Assembly (NCBI GenBank): GCA_902605755.1
Contig: CACLDR010000002.1
Span: 44,832 to 108,831 of the forward strand
DNA length: 64,000 nt
Source: an uncultured Marinoscillum sp.
GTDB lineage: Bacteria > Bacteroidota > Bacteroidia > Cytophagales > Cyclobacteriaceae
Direction of reading: 5' to 3'
Below, piece after piece: positions 20,021-30,849 of the stretch. Both the position numbers and the translations under genes were made by a program. Within the stretch, counting starts at the first letter, position 1; every line of letters starts with the position of its first letter. The notes under the pieces were generated by a model, which saw only the letters and a list, made by a program, of their open reading frames with translations, was not told the DNA's origin and searched no databases.

Positions 20021-21384
20021 AGATGATATAAAAAAACAGCAATAGAAAAATAAACCGTAAGCCCCAAAAGATCATTTGCCGTTGTAATAAAGGGACCAGA
20101 AGCAACAGCTGGATTAACTCCAAGTCGGTGTAGCAATAATGGTGTTATAGTCCCCATAAATGAGGATAATAGAACAACATTGAGCAAAGCTATGGAGGCA
20201 GTAACAGCCAGCAATTGATCTTTGAACAGCAGTAATATAGCACCAAAGACCATTAAAGAAAGAATACTCCCATTTACTGTAGCCACATAAAACATCTTTA
20301 ATAAGCGATTTGCTAAAGTATCGTTGAATCCATTTTTGCCAGCTAAACTTTGGATCACGATGGCCGATGATTGAATTCCTACATTACCTCCAGTGGCCAT
20401 AATTAAAGGGATAAATAAAGAGAGTCGAGCAATTACATTAAGCGTTCCTGAATAATAATCAGCTATTTGCGCTGCAATTAATCCCCCCGTCATACCTATC
20501 ACTAACCATGGCAGTCGCGCCTTGGAAATGACCCAAACACCATCGTCTTCCTCTACACCTGAAGTTACCCCAGACATTAGTTGTCTTTCTTCTTCCGCCG
20601 ATTCAGTAATCACATCCAACACATCGTCAATGGTAATACGGCCTACAAGCTTTCCTCTGACATTAACTACAGGAACCGCATCTAAATCATATTTTTGCAT
20701 GATATTAGCTACTTCTTGCCCATCAAGAAATGTACCCACAGAGATAATGTTTTCTTCAAATATCTCAGCTACTTTCTTATCATCTTCAGCCAAAAGTATC
20801 CGTTTCAAACTTACCCTCCCTTTCAATCTATCCTGTTGATCTACCACATAAACTGAATATATTTTTTCAATATTTTCTGCTTGAATTTTTATTTGTTCAA
20901 TGCATCTTTTCACGCTCCAATTCTCCCTCGCCTTAACCAATTCTTTGGCCATGAGTCCGCCAGCTACATCCTCATCGTAACGCATCAGATCTAAAAGGTG
21001 GCCTACTTTCTCTTCATTATTGATCTGCTCTAAAATTTCCTCACGACGCTGAAAGGACATTTTGTTTAATATATCTGCGCCATCATCTGAATCCAGTATC
21101 TCAATGAAATAGGCCAGCTCGTTAATGGTAAAATATTCCATAAACTCTACACGAAAATCTTCCTCTAATTCTACCAAAATATCTGCAGCAATATCTGGTG
21201 AAAGTATATCAAATACATATTTGCTATACTCTATCCCTATCTCTGTAAGTATTTCACAAATATCCGCAGATCTTACTCCATCTAAAGAATTTCGAATATA
21301 TACAGCATCTCGATCATTTAAAGCGAACTTAAAACGATCAAGAAATTCTTTCGAAAACTCAAATTCCATTATTTTTTTTCCCAT
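20017..21384 (-). CDS. mgtE: Magnesium transporter MgtE
   Basis: MgtE N-domain, a CBS pair (VYVVDQQDRLKGRVSL...VPVVNVRGKLVGRITIDDVLDV) and a five-TM C-terminal domain with PFITTANDLLGL. Confidence 0.95.
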   Translation of the reverse strand: MGKKIMEFEFSKEFLDRFKFALNDRDAVYIRNSLDGVRSADICEILTEIGIEYSKYVFDILSPDIAADILVELEEDFRVEFMEYFTINELAYFIEILDSDDGADILNKMSFQRREEILEQINNEEKVGHLLDLMRYDEDVAGGLMAKELVKARENWSVKRCIEQIKIQAENIEKIYSVYVVDQQDRLKGRVSLKRILLAEDDKKVAEIFEENIISVGTFLDGQEVANIMQKYDLDAVPVVNVRGKLVGRITIDDVLDVITESAEEERQLMSGVTSGVEEDDGVWVISKARLPWLVIGMTGGLIAAQIADYYSGTLNVIARLSLFIPLIMATGGNVGIQSSAIVIQSLAGKNGFNDTLANRLLKMFYVATVNGSILSLMVFGAILLLFKDQLLAVTASIALLNVVLLSSFMGTITPLLLHRLGVNPAVASGPFITTANDLLGLTVYFSIAVFLYHL

Positions 21385-22136
21385 TTCCCCTCGATTTTCC
21401 CTGTCAAATCAATAAAATCTTGAACAGATAACTGCTCAGCGCGTTTGTCAAAAACTTTGTTGGCCGTCAAGACATCGGATAAATTTAGCTCTTTTAATGC
21501 GTTTCGCAAGGTTTTTCGCCGCTTACCAAATCCGGCTTTAACCACATTTTTCAACATTTTTGCATCAAAATCCAAACGATTGTTTCTAACCATCTTGATT
21601 ACTGCTGAATTGACTTTAGGCGGGGGATCAAAAACCAATGGATCTACGGAAAATAAATATTTGATGTCATAAAATGTTTGTAACAGCACACTCAAAATAC
21701 CATAAACCTTATTTCCATGTTTGGATACAATCCGTTCTGCAACCTCTTTTTGAATCATACACACAACCTCCTCAATTCGATCACGATACTTAAAAACTTG
21801 GAAAAATATTTGAGAAGAGATGTTATATGGGAAATTTCCTATGACTCGAATGGGAGTTTGATACTCCAATAAATTTTCTTTCAAAAAATCTTTTAATTGA
21901 AATTTCTCTTCATGTTTAGGGTACTTTTCTTTAAGGTAATTAATGGAAGCCTCGTCAAGATCAAATGTAATCAAGTGATTAATTTCTAACAAATGCTGCG
22001 TCAGCACCCCCATACCAGGTCCAACTTCTAGAAGACTTCCCGATCCTTTTCCTATCGCTGCCACAATGTCTAGGGCAATATTCTCATCTTTCAGGAAATG
22101 CTGACCTAAATGTTTTTTTGGTTTTAATTTTCTCAA
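21369..22136 (-). CDS. rsmA: 16S rRNA (adenine1518/1519-N6)-dimethyltransferase
   Basis: LGQHFLKDENI, LEVGPGMGVLTQ, VIGNFPYNISSQI and PPPKVNSAV are KsgA/RsmA signatures. Confidence 0.95.
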   Translation of the reverse strand: MRKLKPKKHLGQHFLKDENIALDIVAAIGKGSGSLLEVGPGMGVLTQHLLEINHLITFDLDEASINYLKEKYPKHEEKFQLKDFLKENLLEYQTPIRVIGNFPYNISSQIFFQVFKYRDRIEEVVCMIQKEVAERIVSKHGNKVYGILSVLLQTFYDIKYLFSVDPLVFDPPPKVNSAVIKMVRNNRLDFDAKMLKNVVKAGFGKRRKTLRNALKELNLSDVLTANKVFDKRAEQLSVQDFIDLTGKIEGKWEKK

Positions 22137-22155
22137 GGTAATGGCTAAAAAAATG

Positions 22156-22163
22156 TAATTTTG
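22156..22163 (+). promoter_or_regulatory. Candidate Bacteroidota -7 promoter box upstream of pdxA
   Basis: TAATTTTG matches the TAnnTTTG consensus and lies 21 nt upstream of the pdxA ATG. This is a motif match only. Confidence 0.3.
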
Positions 22164-22183
22164 TCTGACCTATTTCAATATCA

Positions 22184-23203
22184 ATGGACTACACTAATTT
22201 AAGTAGCAAATTTATACCAATCATCGGGATAACCATTGGAGATCTCAACGGAATTGGTATGGAAGTCATACTTAAAAGCTTAGAAAATATTTCTCTTTTT
22301 TCAAAATTCACGCCAGTTCTTTATGCTTCAGTAGAGGTAATTAATTATTATTTAAAGTTACTAAAAAAGTCTCATTTAAATTTTCATATCATCTCAGAAG
22401 CTCAACAAGCCATTCCTCTCAAAATAAATGTCATACCAGTTTGGAGAGAATCCGTTATTATCACACCAGGCAGACCAAATTTCGCCGGAGGTGAATATGC
22501 CAAAAAATCTCTAGAAGCAGCCGTTGCTGATTTAAAATCTAAATCGATCAATGGTCTGGTTACTGCACCTCTCAGCAAGGAAATATTAAATAAACAAGGG
22601 TTTTTTTTTCCAGGTCATACCGAATTCCTCGCAGCCGAATTCCAAGTCAATGAAAATCTAATGTTGATGGTAAATGATAAGATACGTGTGGCTGTTGCTA
22701 CAGGGCATATTTCCATAGCAAAGGTGTCAGCGAGACTTTCGATAGCACTAATCTCAGAGAAGCTAGAAATTCTTATAGATTCCTTAAGGACTGATTTTAA
22801 AATTAAAACCCCAAAGGTGGCAGTGATGGGATTGAATCCTCACGCGGGTGAAAATGGTATGTTTGGTAACGAAGAAAATCATATCATCAATAAAGTTGTT
22901 GATCAATTCAATTCCAATAAATATTTCGTCAAGGGACCCTTTCCTGCTGATGGTTTTTTTGGAAGTATTGAATATTTAAAATTTGATGGTATCTTAACTA
23001 TGTATCATGACCAAGGTCTTATCCCCTTTAAGATAATATCAAAAGGTTCAGGCGTTAATTTTACAGCGGGACTACCAGTGGTTAGAACTTCACCTGCTCA
23101 TGGTACTGCTTTTGATTTAGCCGGTAAAAATATAGCTAATCCAAGTTCTATGACCAATGCATTACTCCTGGCAAGTACATTAGCCAGAAATAAAGATCAT
23201 TAA
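22184..23203 (+). CDS. pdxA: 4-hydroxythreonine-4-phosphate dehydrogenase PdxA
   Basis: GITIGDLNGIG, PGHTEFLA, GLNPHAGENG, MYHDQGLIPFK and RTSPAHGTAFDLAGK blocks. Confidence 0.9.
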   Translation: MDYTNLSSKFIPIIGITIGDLNGIGMEVILKSLENISLFSKFTPVLYASVEVINYYLKLLKKSHLNFHIISEAQQAIPLKINVIPVWRESVIITPGRPNFAGGEYAKKSLEAAVADLKSKSINGLVTAPLSKEILNKQGFFFPGHTEFLAAEFQVNENLMLMVNDKIRVAVATGHISIAKVSARLSIALISEKLEILIDSLRTDFKIKTPKVAVMGLNPHAGENGMFGNEENHIINKVVDQFNSNKYFVKGPFPADGFFGSIEYLKFDGILTMYHDQGLIPFKIISKGSGVNFTAGLPVVRTSPAHGTAFDLAGKNIANPSSMTNALLLASTLARNKDH

Positions 23204-23251
23204 TTCACATTTCTAATGAGGATTTCATTGGGAATATCGGGGTGTTATACT

Positions 23252-23259
23252 TAAATTTG
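23252..23259 (+). promoter_or_regulatory. Candidate Bacteroidota -7 promoter box upstream of the DUF177-rpmF-fabH run
   Basis: TAAATTTG matches TAnnTTTG and lies about 23 nt upstream of the GTG start at 23282. This is a motif match only. Confidence 0.3.
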
Positions 23260-23281
23260 CGGTTCTTGAAAAATTAGTTAA

Positions 23282-23809
23282 GTGAAAAATAGTATTTTAA
23301 AGTCTTTTGAGATCAATTTAACGCGGCTTGAAAATGGGATACATCATTTTCAATTTGAATTGGTACCCGATTTCTTCAAAACTTTCGAAAATAATTTAGT
23401 GAAAGAAGGATTTGGCAGTGCTTCAATGTCAATGGATAAATCTGAAGCTATAATTATTTTAAATTTTATGATTAAAGTTAATGTTCTCTTAGACTGTGAT
23501 CTTTCACTAGATAGTTATTTAGAGTCATTAATTTGTGAAAAAAGACATATTGTTAAATTTGGATTAACTAATGAAGAACTAAGCGATGAGATAAGTGTTA
23601 TTGAGATGGGGACGCAAGCGTTAGATGTGTCAAACTATATTTACGATTATGTATCGCTAGAAATCCCAATGAAAAAAGTACATCCTAGATTAAGAGATCA
23701 AGAGAGAGCTGAATTAGTTTATAAGGACAAAACTCCTTCCTTAAATGACCAACCACAGGAAAATTCTGTGGATCCAAGGTGGGAGGCACTAAAAAAAATT
23801 AAATTTTAA
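23282..23809 (+). CDS. DUF177/YceD-family protein
   Basis: 175-aa acidic ORF immediately upstream of rpmF, which is the conserved YceD-L32 arrangement. The call rests on position and size. Confidence 0.75.
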   Translation: MKNSILKSFEINLTRLENGIHHFQFELVPDFFKTFENNLVKEGFGSASMSMDKSEAIIILNFMIKVNVLLDCDLSLDSYLESLICEKRHIVKFGLTNEELSDEISVIEMGTQALDVSNYIYDYVSLEIPMKKVHPRLRDQERAELVYKDKTPSLNDQPQENSVDPRWEALKKIKF

Positions 23810-23827
23810 TTTATCAATCGATAGACA

Positions 23828-24019
23828 ATGGCGCATCCAAAACGAAAAATTTCGAAAACAAGACGAGATAAGAGAAGGACTCATGTAAAAGCTTCTCCGA
23901 AAAATTACATGATCTGTCCAACTACAGGTGAGGCCCATTTACCACACCATGCCTTTTGGAACGAGGGTAAGCTTTATTATAAAGGAAAGGTAGTGATTGA
24001 AAAAGAAGTTTTAGTGTAA
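23828..24019 (+). CDS. rpmF: 50S ribosomal protein L32
   Basis: [19 protein letters not shown]...[12 protein letters not shown] is a canonical L32 N-terminus. Confidence 0.95.
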   Translation: MAHPKRKISKTRRDKRRTHVKASPKNYMICPTTGEAHLPHHAFWNEGKLYYKGKVVIEKEVLV

Positions 24020-24075
24020 AAACTTTCTGATCTGATTTTCAATTATATAATAATCCAGAACGCAGATCCATCAAT

Positions 24076-25077
24076 ATGTCAAAAGTTACGGCTGCAATTA
24101 CCGGTATCAACGGATACGTCCCCGAATATATCCTTACCAATGATGAATTGGCTACTATGGTCGACACCAATGACGAATGGATAGTTAGTAGAACAGGGAT
24201 CAAAGAAAGGCGTATTCTTAAGGGTACTGGAAAAGGGGTCTCGATCATGGCCGTCAAAGCTGTTAGGGGACTTTTAAATAAAACTAATACAAACCCTGAA
24301 GAAATTGATGGAATCATTTGTGCTACCATAACACCTGACTTAACCTTTCCTGCTACTGCCAATCTCATTGCTAAGGAGATAGGTGCAAAACACGCATTTG
24401 GTTTTGATCTTTCTGCTGCATGTTCTGGTTTTTTATTTGCCTTAAGCACTGGCGCTAAATTTATTGAAACTGGTTCACACAAGAAAATTATAGTCATTGG
24501 TGCCGATAAGATGTCATCAATTTTAGATTATCAAGACCGTACTACTTGTATTATATTTGGTGATGGGGCTGGAGCTGCCCTTCTTGAAGCTAATCACGAG
24601 GGATTAGGTATCAGAGATGCTATTTTAAAATCTGATGGCTCAGGAGAACAATATCTAAATATAAAGGCAGGAGGAAGTAGATATCCTCCAAGTTTTGAAA
24701 CCATCCAAAACAAGGAGCACTATGTATATCAAGAGGGATCTTCTGTTTTTAAATTTGCGGTAACGAAAATGGCTCATGTCGCCAAAGAAATCATGGATAA
24801 AAATGATTTAAAGGGTTCTGATATTGCTTGGTTGGTTCCCCATCAGGCCAACAAAAGAATCATTGATGCCACAGCCAAACTCATGCAGGTGCCAGATAAT
24901 AAAATCATGATGAACATATCAAAATACGGAAATACAACAGGAGGTACTATACCTTTATGTCTGTGGGACTACGAATCGCAATTAAATAAAGGTGATAATC
25001 TCATTTTAGCTGCCTTCGGAGGTGGATTTACATGGGCCTCTATTTATGTTAAATGGGCTTACAACCCAAAAAATTAG
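24076..25077 (+). CDS. fabH: 3-oxoacyl-ACP synthase III
   Basis: Active-site AACSGFLFAL, HQANKRI and GNTTGGTIP...FGGGFTW. Confidence 0.95.
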   Translation: MSKVTAAITGINGYVPEYILTNDELATMVDTNDEWIVSRTGIKERRILKGTGKGVSIMAVKAVRGLLNKTNTNPEEIDGIICATITPDLTFPATANLIAKEIGAKHAFGFDLSAACSGFLFALSTGAKFIETGSHKKIIVIGADKMSSILDYQDRTTCIIFGDGAGAALLEANHEGLGIRDAILKSDGSGEQYLNIKAGGSRYPPSFETIQNKEHYVYQEGSSVFKFAVTKMAHVAKEIMDKNDLKGSDIAWLVPHQANKRIIDATAKLMQVPDNKIMMNISKYGNTTGGTIPLCLWDYESQLNKGDNLILAAFGGGFTWASIYVKWAYNPKN

Positions 25078-25083
25078 AGAAAT

Positions 25084-25647
25084 ATGGCAACTACTGCTGA
25101 TATTAAAAATGGCTTAATAATTGAATACAATAATGATTTATTCTCAATTGTTGAATTTCAACATGTCAAGCCCGGTAAAGGACCTGCCTTTGTAAGAACA
25201 AAATTGAAAAGCTTATCCACCGGTCGTGTCATTGATAATACTTTTTCGGCAGGACATAAGATCACAACGGCACGAGTGGAACGACATAAGTACCAATATT
25301 TATATAAAGATGATATAGTATATCACTTCATGCACACAAAGACTTACGAACAAATTCCTATTGATATTAAATTAATCAATGCACCACAATTTCTAAAAGA
25401 TGGAGAAGAAGTGGAGATACTAGTACATACCGAACAAGAAAAAATTTTAGGAGTTGAAATACCTCAGTATGTAAACCTTAAAATTGTTTATACAGAACCT
25501 GGATTAAAGGGGGATACTGCGACCAATGCGACTAAACAAGCTGAATTAGAAACTGGCGCCTTTATTCAAGTCCCCCTGTTTATTAATGAAAATGAAATAA
25601 TAAAAGTGGATACAAAAAATGGATCCTACTCAGAAAGAGTCAAATAA
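25084..25647 (+). CDS. efp: Translation elongation factor P
   Basis: FQHVKPGKGPAFVRTKLKSLSTGR and the overall 187-aa EF-P architecture. Confidence 0.95.
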   Translation: MATTADIKNGLIIEYNNDLFSIVEFQHVKPGKGPAFVRTKLKSLSTGRVIDNTFSAGHKITTARVERHKYQYLYKDDIVYHFMHTKTYEQIPIDIKLINAPQFLKDGEEVEILVHTEQEKILGVEIPQYVNLKIVYTEPGLKGDTATNATKQAELETGAFIQVPLFINENEIIKVDTKNGSYSERVK

Positions 25648-25703
25648 TTATCCTAGATTTAGCCTAAAAATAGAAACTGTGTAATACGAGACTAGAAACA
25701 AAG

Positions 25704-26174
25704 ATGAAAGTAAAAGAAATCCGAGACCTTATCGACTATATAAAAAGTACGGGCCTTGAGGAAGTCAACATTGAAACCGAAACATTCAAAATAAAAATTA
25801 AGCGGTCCTCTGAAGTCGTCTCACAACCCCACTACTCACCACCCACAACTCTACCTCAATCGCTGCCCAAACAATCCATTGAACCTCTTAGTGAGGGAGC
25901 TGTATCTTCAAGCAAATTAACGGAAGATGAAAAATATATCACAATTAAGTCACCGATGATTGGTACCATATATATGGCCCCAAATCCTGAATCTCCGAAC
26001 TTTTTAAAAGTGGGAGATGTCGTTAAGTCAGGAGATACTGTTTGTGTAATAGAAGCCATGAAACTTTTCAACGAAATAGAAGCGGAAATTTCAGGTACTG
26101 TTGTCAAAATATTGGCAGAAAACGCAAATCCCGTAGAATATGACCAACCTTTATTTTTAATAGACCCTTCATAA
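25704..26174 (+). CDS. accB: Acetyl-CoA carboxylase biotin carboxyl carrier protein
   Basis: C-terminal biotinyl domain with VCVIEAMKLFNEIEAE (biotinylation AMK motif). Confidence 0.9.
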   Translation: MKVKEIRDLIDYIKSTGLEEVNIETETFKIKIKRSSEVVSQPHYSPPTTLPQSLPKQSIEPLSEGAVSSSKLTEDEKYITIKSPMIGTIYMAPNPESPNFLKVGDVVKSGDTVCVIEAMKLFNEIEAEISGTVVKILAENANPVEYDQPLFLIDPS

Positions 26175-26185
26175 AGTAATCAACT

Positions 26186-27529
26186 GTGTTTCAGAAAATT
26201 CTAATTGCAAACCGAGGAGAAATTGCACTTCGAATAGTTCGAACTTGTAAAGAAATGGGCATCAACACTGTAGCCATCTATTCTACAGCAGATAAAGAAA
26301 GTTTACATGTGCGCTTTGCAGATGAGGCAGTATGTATTGGTGGAGCACCAAGTACAGACTCATATCTCAATATCCCAAATATTATTTCAGCTGCCGAAAT
26401 AACCAATGCAGATGCTATCCATCCTGGATATGGATTTTTAGCTGAAAATGCTGAATTTTCTAGAGTTTGCGAAGAATATCAAATAAAATTCATTGGAGCA
26501 AGTGCCAATATGATTAATAATATGGGCGATAAGGCTACTGCCAAAGACACCATGAAGCGTGCGGGCGTACCTACGATTCCTGGATCAGATGGGATCATTC
26601 AATCGGTAAAAGAAGGTAAATTGATTGCCAAAGAAGTTGGATACCCCATCATGCTAAAAGCAACTGCCGGTGGTGGTGGACGCGGCATGCGATTGGTCAA
26701 AACAGAGCAAGAATTTCAAAATGCCTGGGACAGCGCACGGCAAGAGTCAGGTGCAGCTTTTGGAAATGATGACATTTATCTTGAGAAATTTATTGAGGAA
26801 CCACGACATATTGAAATCCAAATCATTGGGGATGCTGCCGGAAGAGCCTGCCATCTCTCGGAAAGAGATTGCTCCATTCAAAGGAGACATCAAAAACTCT
26901 TAGAAGAAACTCCATCGCCTATTATCACAAAGGAACTTCGAAATAATATGGGAAAAGCTGCCATTAAAGGAGCAGAAGCCATTAAATATGAGGGAGCGGG
27001 TACAGTCGAATTTTTAGTCGATAAATATGGAAAATTTTACTTCATGGAAATGAATACCCGTATACAAGTAGAACACCCAATTACAGAAGAAGTCACCGAT
27101 TATGACCTGATCAAAGAACAAATAAAAGTAGCAGCCGGAATTCATATATCAGGTAAAAATTATTCCCCTCAAATGCATTCAATTGAATGCAGAATCAATG
27201 CGGAAGATCCACGAAAAAACTTCAGACCGCATCCTGGTAAAATAACTAATTTACATTTCCCGGGAGGTCATGGAGTACGAGTAGACAGTCATGTATACGC
27301 TGGATATACCATACCACCACATTATGATTCTATGATTGCTAAACTCATTGTAACGGCACAAACTCGTGAAGAAGCATTGATAAAAATGAAAAGAGCTCTA
27401 GAGGAAATGGTCATCGAAGGTATTGAAACAACCATTCCGTTCCATTTGAAACTGATGGACGATGAACAATTTAAGTCAGGAAATTTCACTACTGCTTTTT
27501 TGGATACCTTTGATTTCAAATCAATTTAA
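26186..27529 (+). CDS. accC: Acetyl-CoA carboxylase biotin carboxylase subunit
   Basis: [46 protein letters not shown]. Confidence 0.95.
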   Translation: MFQKILIANRGEIALRIVRTCKEMGINTVAIYSTADKESLHVRFADEAVCIGGAPSTDSYLNIPNIISAAEITNADAIHPGYGFLAENAEFSRVCEEYQIKFIGASANMINNMGDKATAKDTMKRAGVPTIPGSDGIIQSVKEGKLIAKEVGYPIMLKATAGGGGRGMRLVKTEQEFQNAWDSARQESGAAFGNDDIYLEKFIEEPRHIEIQIIGDAAGRACHLSERDCSIQRRHQKLLEETPSPIITKELRNNMGKAAIKGAEAIKYEGAGTVEFLVDKYGKFYFMEMNTRIQVEHPITEEVTDYDLIKEQIKVAAGIHISGKNYSPQMHSIECRINAEDPRKNFRPHPGKITNLHFPGGHGVRVDSHVYAGYTIPPHYDSMIAKLIVTAQTREEALIKMKRALEEMVIEGIETTIPFHLKLMDDEQFKSGNFTTAFLDTFDFKSI

Positions 27530-28551
27530 ATAAAAAACCAAAAATCTTCAACTGGTTTTTTGTCCCATTCGATAAAATGACATTCAATCTCAAACTTAGC
27601 TGAAGGTTCAGCAATAACTACAATAATTTGAGGTCTGTTAAGACGTTTAATTGAAGAAAAATGATGTATTTGGAAGTCAAATATGGTTTTACCGATTTTA
27701 CGCTCATTATTACATACCCAATGTGTTTCTTTTTCATATTTTTTTAAGACCATTAAAAAATCTTTCCCATTACGACCTGCACCCCAAACCACTAAGGGCC
27801 GGGACAAATCTCTATCTAGCTCAAAAAAATATCGTAATTTCAAATCAAAATATCTGTTGTCCTTATATTCTTTCCAAGTTCTAGAAATACGATCCGCTCG
27901 ATCTCTCCAATAATGGAGTATTTTATTAATTCCTACAATTTTATAACCCTTACGATAAAATCTAAAACATAAATCATAATCTTCCGGATAAACATCTGGA
28001 TCAAAAGCTCCCACAGCACTAAAATCTTCTTTATGGATTAGCCAACAATGAGAAGGAATGACACATTCTTTATAGATCTGTTGATAATGTGTGCTTGTTT
28101 TAACTACTTGATTTAGCCATTGATCATATCGTTTAAAACCTGGCCCCACAGTCCCTTTTTCAACAAAATGTTCAACCCCGCCAGCCACCACAACTCCTTT
28201 TCCATGTAACATCCAAACATTCAGCATTGCTTCCAATTTATCCAATGGCATACGATCATCTGAATCCATTCGATTAATTAAAGTTCCACGACAATTTATA
28301 TAACCTTCCTTTAATGCTGAATTAAGTCTTTGACCTGTGCTTTGAAAAATCCGAATCCTATTGTCTCGCTGTGCATATTCAGTTAACCTTTCCCATGAAT
28401 CATCAGAGGAATGGTCATTGACCGCTATAAGTTCCCAATTTTCGTAAGTTTGCAATAATATAGAATCGAGGCACTCGATCAAATATGGACCGGTATCCTT
28501 TACTGCCATTATAATTGAAATAAGAGGTCTAAATACCATTGGATGTATCAT
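27526..28551 (-). CDS. Family 2 glycosyltransferase with an extra C-terminal Rossmann-like domain
   Basis: N-terminal GT-A fold ([14 protein letters not shown]..., [17 protein letters not shown]). The C-terminal ~100 aa carry [13 protein letters not shown]...[11 protein letters not shown]...IIVVIAEP, which resembles the nucleotide-binding N-domain of NeuD/PglD-type proteins (inference). Confidence 0.85.
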   Translation of the reverse strand: MIHPMVFRPLISIIMAVKDTGPYLIECLDSILLQTYENWELIAVNDHSSDDSWERLTEYAQRDNRIRIFQSTGQRLNSALKEGYINCRGTLINRMDSDDRMPLDKLEAMLNVWMLHGKGVVVAGGVEHFVEKGTVGPGFKRYDQWLNQVVKTSTHYQQIYKECVIPSHCWLIHKEDFSAVGAFDPDVYPEDYDLCFRFYRKGYKIVGINKILHYWRDRADRISRTWKEYKDNRYFDLKLRYFFELDRDLSRPLVVWGAGRNGKDFLMVLKKYEKETHWVCNNERKIGKTIFDFQIHHFSSIKRLNRPQIIVVIAEPSAKFEIECHFIEWDKKPVEDFWFFI

Positions 28552-28649
28552 ACTTAAAAGAAAAATTAAAGTGACAATTATATTAAAAATGATCCCATCC
28601 TGACCATTTAATGAGTATGCCTAAATTTTGACTAATCTATAGTCCATAA

Positions 28650-28889
28650 TTTTTTGATGGCTACTTTGCTCCTATATTTTTATCCTACAATCTTACCGTA
28701 ATCATACCTTTCTCTTTTGATAAACAGTCGGATCTCAACGCATCTTGTCTTTTCGACATGCTCCAATTAATTATTTCAAAATCTACCCCCGATCTTTTCA
28801 TGGATTATCAAGCCATAATCTATATTGAAAATATGAATTTCCAATCTGATGATCAAATTTTGATGATTAATGGACATAAGTGTAGTTAA
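28650..28889 (+). pseudogene. Possible relic of a glycosyltransferase N-terminus
   Basis: 80-codon open frame with no start codon until codon 37: ...LTVIIPFSFDKQSDLNASCLFDMLQLIISKS...AIIYIEN.... It resembles the first strand, helix and second strand of a GT-A fold. An upstream ATG at 28657 is one frame off. Confidence 0.25.
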
Positions 28890-29033
28890 AATCTTATTTG
28901 CTCATTTCATTCATCTCTTCAATTCAGTCAATAAATAAGTTTATAAAACTACATTCATTTCAACTTAAACTATAAGCTATTCTCCTTCGGTCAACTTGTC
29001 AGTAAAAAAATTTGGACCATTATTTGCCGTTAG

Positions 29034-30776
29034 GTGAGTATGGGAAATTCAAAGGTAACCTTAAGTCACGTTTTTAAAACTATCATTTGGCCAAGAAGAA
29101 CCCCTATTCTAATTGGACTTTTTTTAATTTTTCTCAGTAGAATTTCTAGTTTAGTCCTGCCTGGTGCAAGTCAGTATTTAATGGATGATGTGATCATCAA
29201 TAAAGATACTGAAATGCTTAAAAATTTGCTTTTATGTGTGATTTTAGCCATTATAATACAAGCAGTCACCTCTTTTTTACTGACTAAAATGTTGAGTATA
29301 GAAGCGCAACACCTCATTGCCAAACTCCGCGTTCAAGTCCAAAAAAAAGTAATGTATTTACCAACGCGTTTTTTTGATGACACAAAGTCTGGCGAATTGG
29401 TTTCGAGAATCATGTCTGATGTAGAAGGGGTACGCAATTTAGTAGGTACAGGCCTTGTTCAGCTTGTTGGAGGTGTATTGACGTCCTTTATATCTTTAGC
29501 CTTACTGATTAAAATAAGTCCTTTGATGACAATTTATGTATTAGTTCCTGTAGCTATTTTTGGAGTCATCTCATTAAAAGCCTTTGGATATATTCGACCA
29601 ATTTTTCGGGAAAGAGGTAAAATCAATGCAGAGGTTACAGGTCGCCTGACTGAAACTTTGAATGGTATACGTGTAATCAAAGGATTTAATGCAGAAAAGC
29701 AAGAGATTAAAACTTTTGAAAAAGGAACTGAAAAATTATTCCTTAACGTTAAAAAAAGTTTGACTGCTACAAGCATTATTACCAGTTCAGCCACTTTTTT
29801 GCTAGGCCTCTCTAGTATAGGAATTATGGGTATTGGTGGATACATGATCATGAATGATGATCTTACTATTGGACAATTCTTATCCTTCACCTTATATTTA
29901 GGATTCATGATTGCGCCTATTATACAGATGAGTAATATTGGAAGTCAACTCACCGAGGCCTTTGCCGGCCTAGACAGAACTCAAGAGTTAATGAATATGA
30001 AATCCGAAGATAATGGAAACATTCGTACTCATTCAATTAAAATTATTGAAGGATATATTCAGTTCAACAACGTCGCCTTTGGGTATAATGAAGAAAAAAA
30101 AGTCCTCCATAATATCTCATTTGATGTAAAGCCAGGCTCAGTTACAGCTCTGGTTGGATCATCTGGATCCGGGAAATCAACTATCGCAGCGCTAGCAGCT
30201 AGTTTCATAGCTCCGAATTCGGGCACTATAACTGTTGATCAACATGACCTTGCACTTATATCCTTAGAAAACTTTAGGAGTCAATTGGGTGTAGTGCTTC
30301 AGGATGACTTTTTATTTGATGGCACTATCAAAGAAAATATTTTATTTCCTAAACCCAATTCAACAGATTTGGAAGTCAATTCCGCGGCCAATGCAGCTTA
30401 TATTACCGAATTTACTGATCTATTTGAAGAGGGTTTGGAAACTGTAATAGGCGAACGCGGAGTAAAATTATCAGGAGGTCAAAGACAACGAATAGCTATT
30501 GCCCGAGCCATATTAGCTAATCCTAGAATATTGATTTTGGATGAAGCTACTTCTAATTTAGATACGGAAAGTGAATCTTACATTCAAAAAAGTCTTGAAA
30601 ATCTTATGAATGGTAGAACTACCTTAGTCATTGCCCATAGGCTTAGTACAATAAGACGAGCAGATCAAATATTGGTAATTGAAGGCGGTTTAATTGCCGA
30701 AAAAGGAACGCACGAAGATTTAATTGACAAAAAAGGTCGATATTTCGAACTACATACTTACCAGGCAAGAATATGA
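29034..30776 (+). CDS. ABC transporter, fused permease/ATPase (MsbA-like exporter)
   Basis: Six-TM N-terminal domain, Walker A GSSGSGKST, signature LSGGQRQRIAIARA and Walker B ILILDEATS. Confidence 0.9.
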   Translation: MSMGNSKVTLSHVFKTIIWPRRTPILIGLFLIFLSRISSLVLPGASQYLMDDVIINKDTEMLKNLLLCVILAIIIQAVTSFLLTKMLSIEAQHLIAKLRVQVQKKVMYLPTRFFDDTKSGELVSRIMSDVEGVRNLVGTGLVQLVGGVLTSFISLALLIKISPLMTIYVLVPVAIFGVISLKAFGYIRPIFRERGKINAEVTGRLTETLNGIRVIKGFNAEKQEIKTFEKGTEKLFLNVKKSLTATSIITSSATFLLGLSSIGIMGIGGYMIMNDDLTIGQFLSFTLYLGFMIAPIIQMSNIGSQLTEAFAGLDRTQELMNMKSEDNGNIRTHSIKIIEGYIQFNNVAFGYNEEKKVLHNISFDVKPGSVTALVGSSGSGKSTIAALAASFIAPNSGTITVDQHDLALISLENFRSQLGVVLQDDFLFDGTIKENILFPKPNSTDLEVNSAANAAYITEFTDLFEEGLETVIGERGVKLSGGQRQRIAIARAILANPRILILDEATSNLDTESESYIQKSLENLMNGRTTLVIAHRLSTIRRADQILVIEGGLIAEKGTHEDLIDKKGRYFELHTYQARI

Positions 30777-30849
30777 AGCACTATATGTGCATCAATGGAT
30801 ATTTAATCTGATATTTTTTTATCAAAATTCCCAAAAACTAGGGAGATTA

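Noticed and set aside
22184-23203. PdxA motif reads RTSPAHGTA where I expected an Asp before the His (..DHGTA)
   Set aside because: I cannot verify from memory how invariant that Asp is. The rest of the protein is intact and well conserved. It needs a real alignment before any claim is made.
24039-24497. 152-aa ORF antisense to fabH. There are many similar antisense ORFs, for example 3795..4052, 4500..4733, 4947..5180, 6015..6197, 7772..8089, 11972..12190, 12559..12888, 13082..13411, 14954..15196, 19647..19844, 20522..20839, 21125..21415, 21445..21672, 25856..26107, 26670..26903, 27322..27519, 27651..27913, 29534..29908, 32269..32496, 33133..33318, 35179..35946, 38861..39142, 44058..44465, 52992..53201, 54334..54516, 56095..56833, 56999..57265, 57814..57996, 58446..58712, 59176..59766, 59962..60270, 60574..60759 and 61762..62046.
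   Set aside because: Each overlaps a longer ORF with clear family signatures on the other strand or frame. Their translations are low-complexity (Ser/Leu/Ile/Phe-rich) with no motifs.
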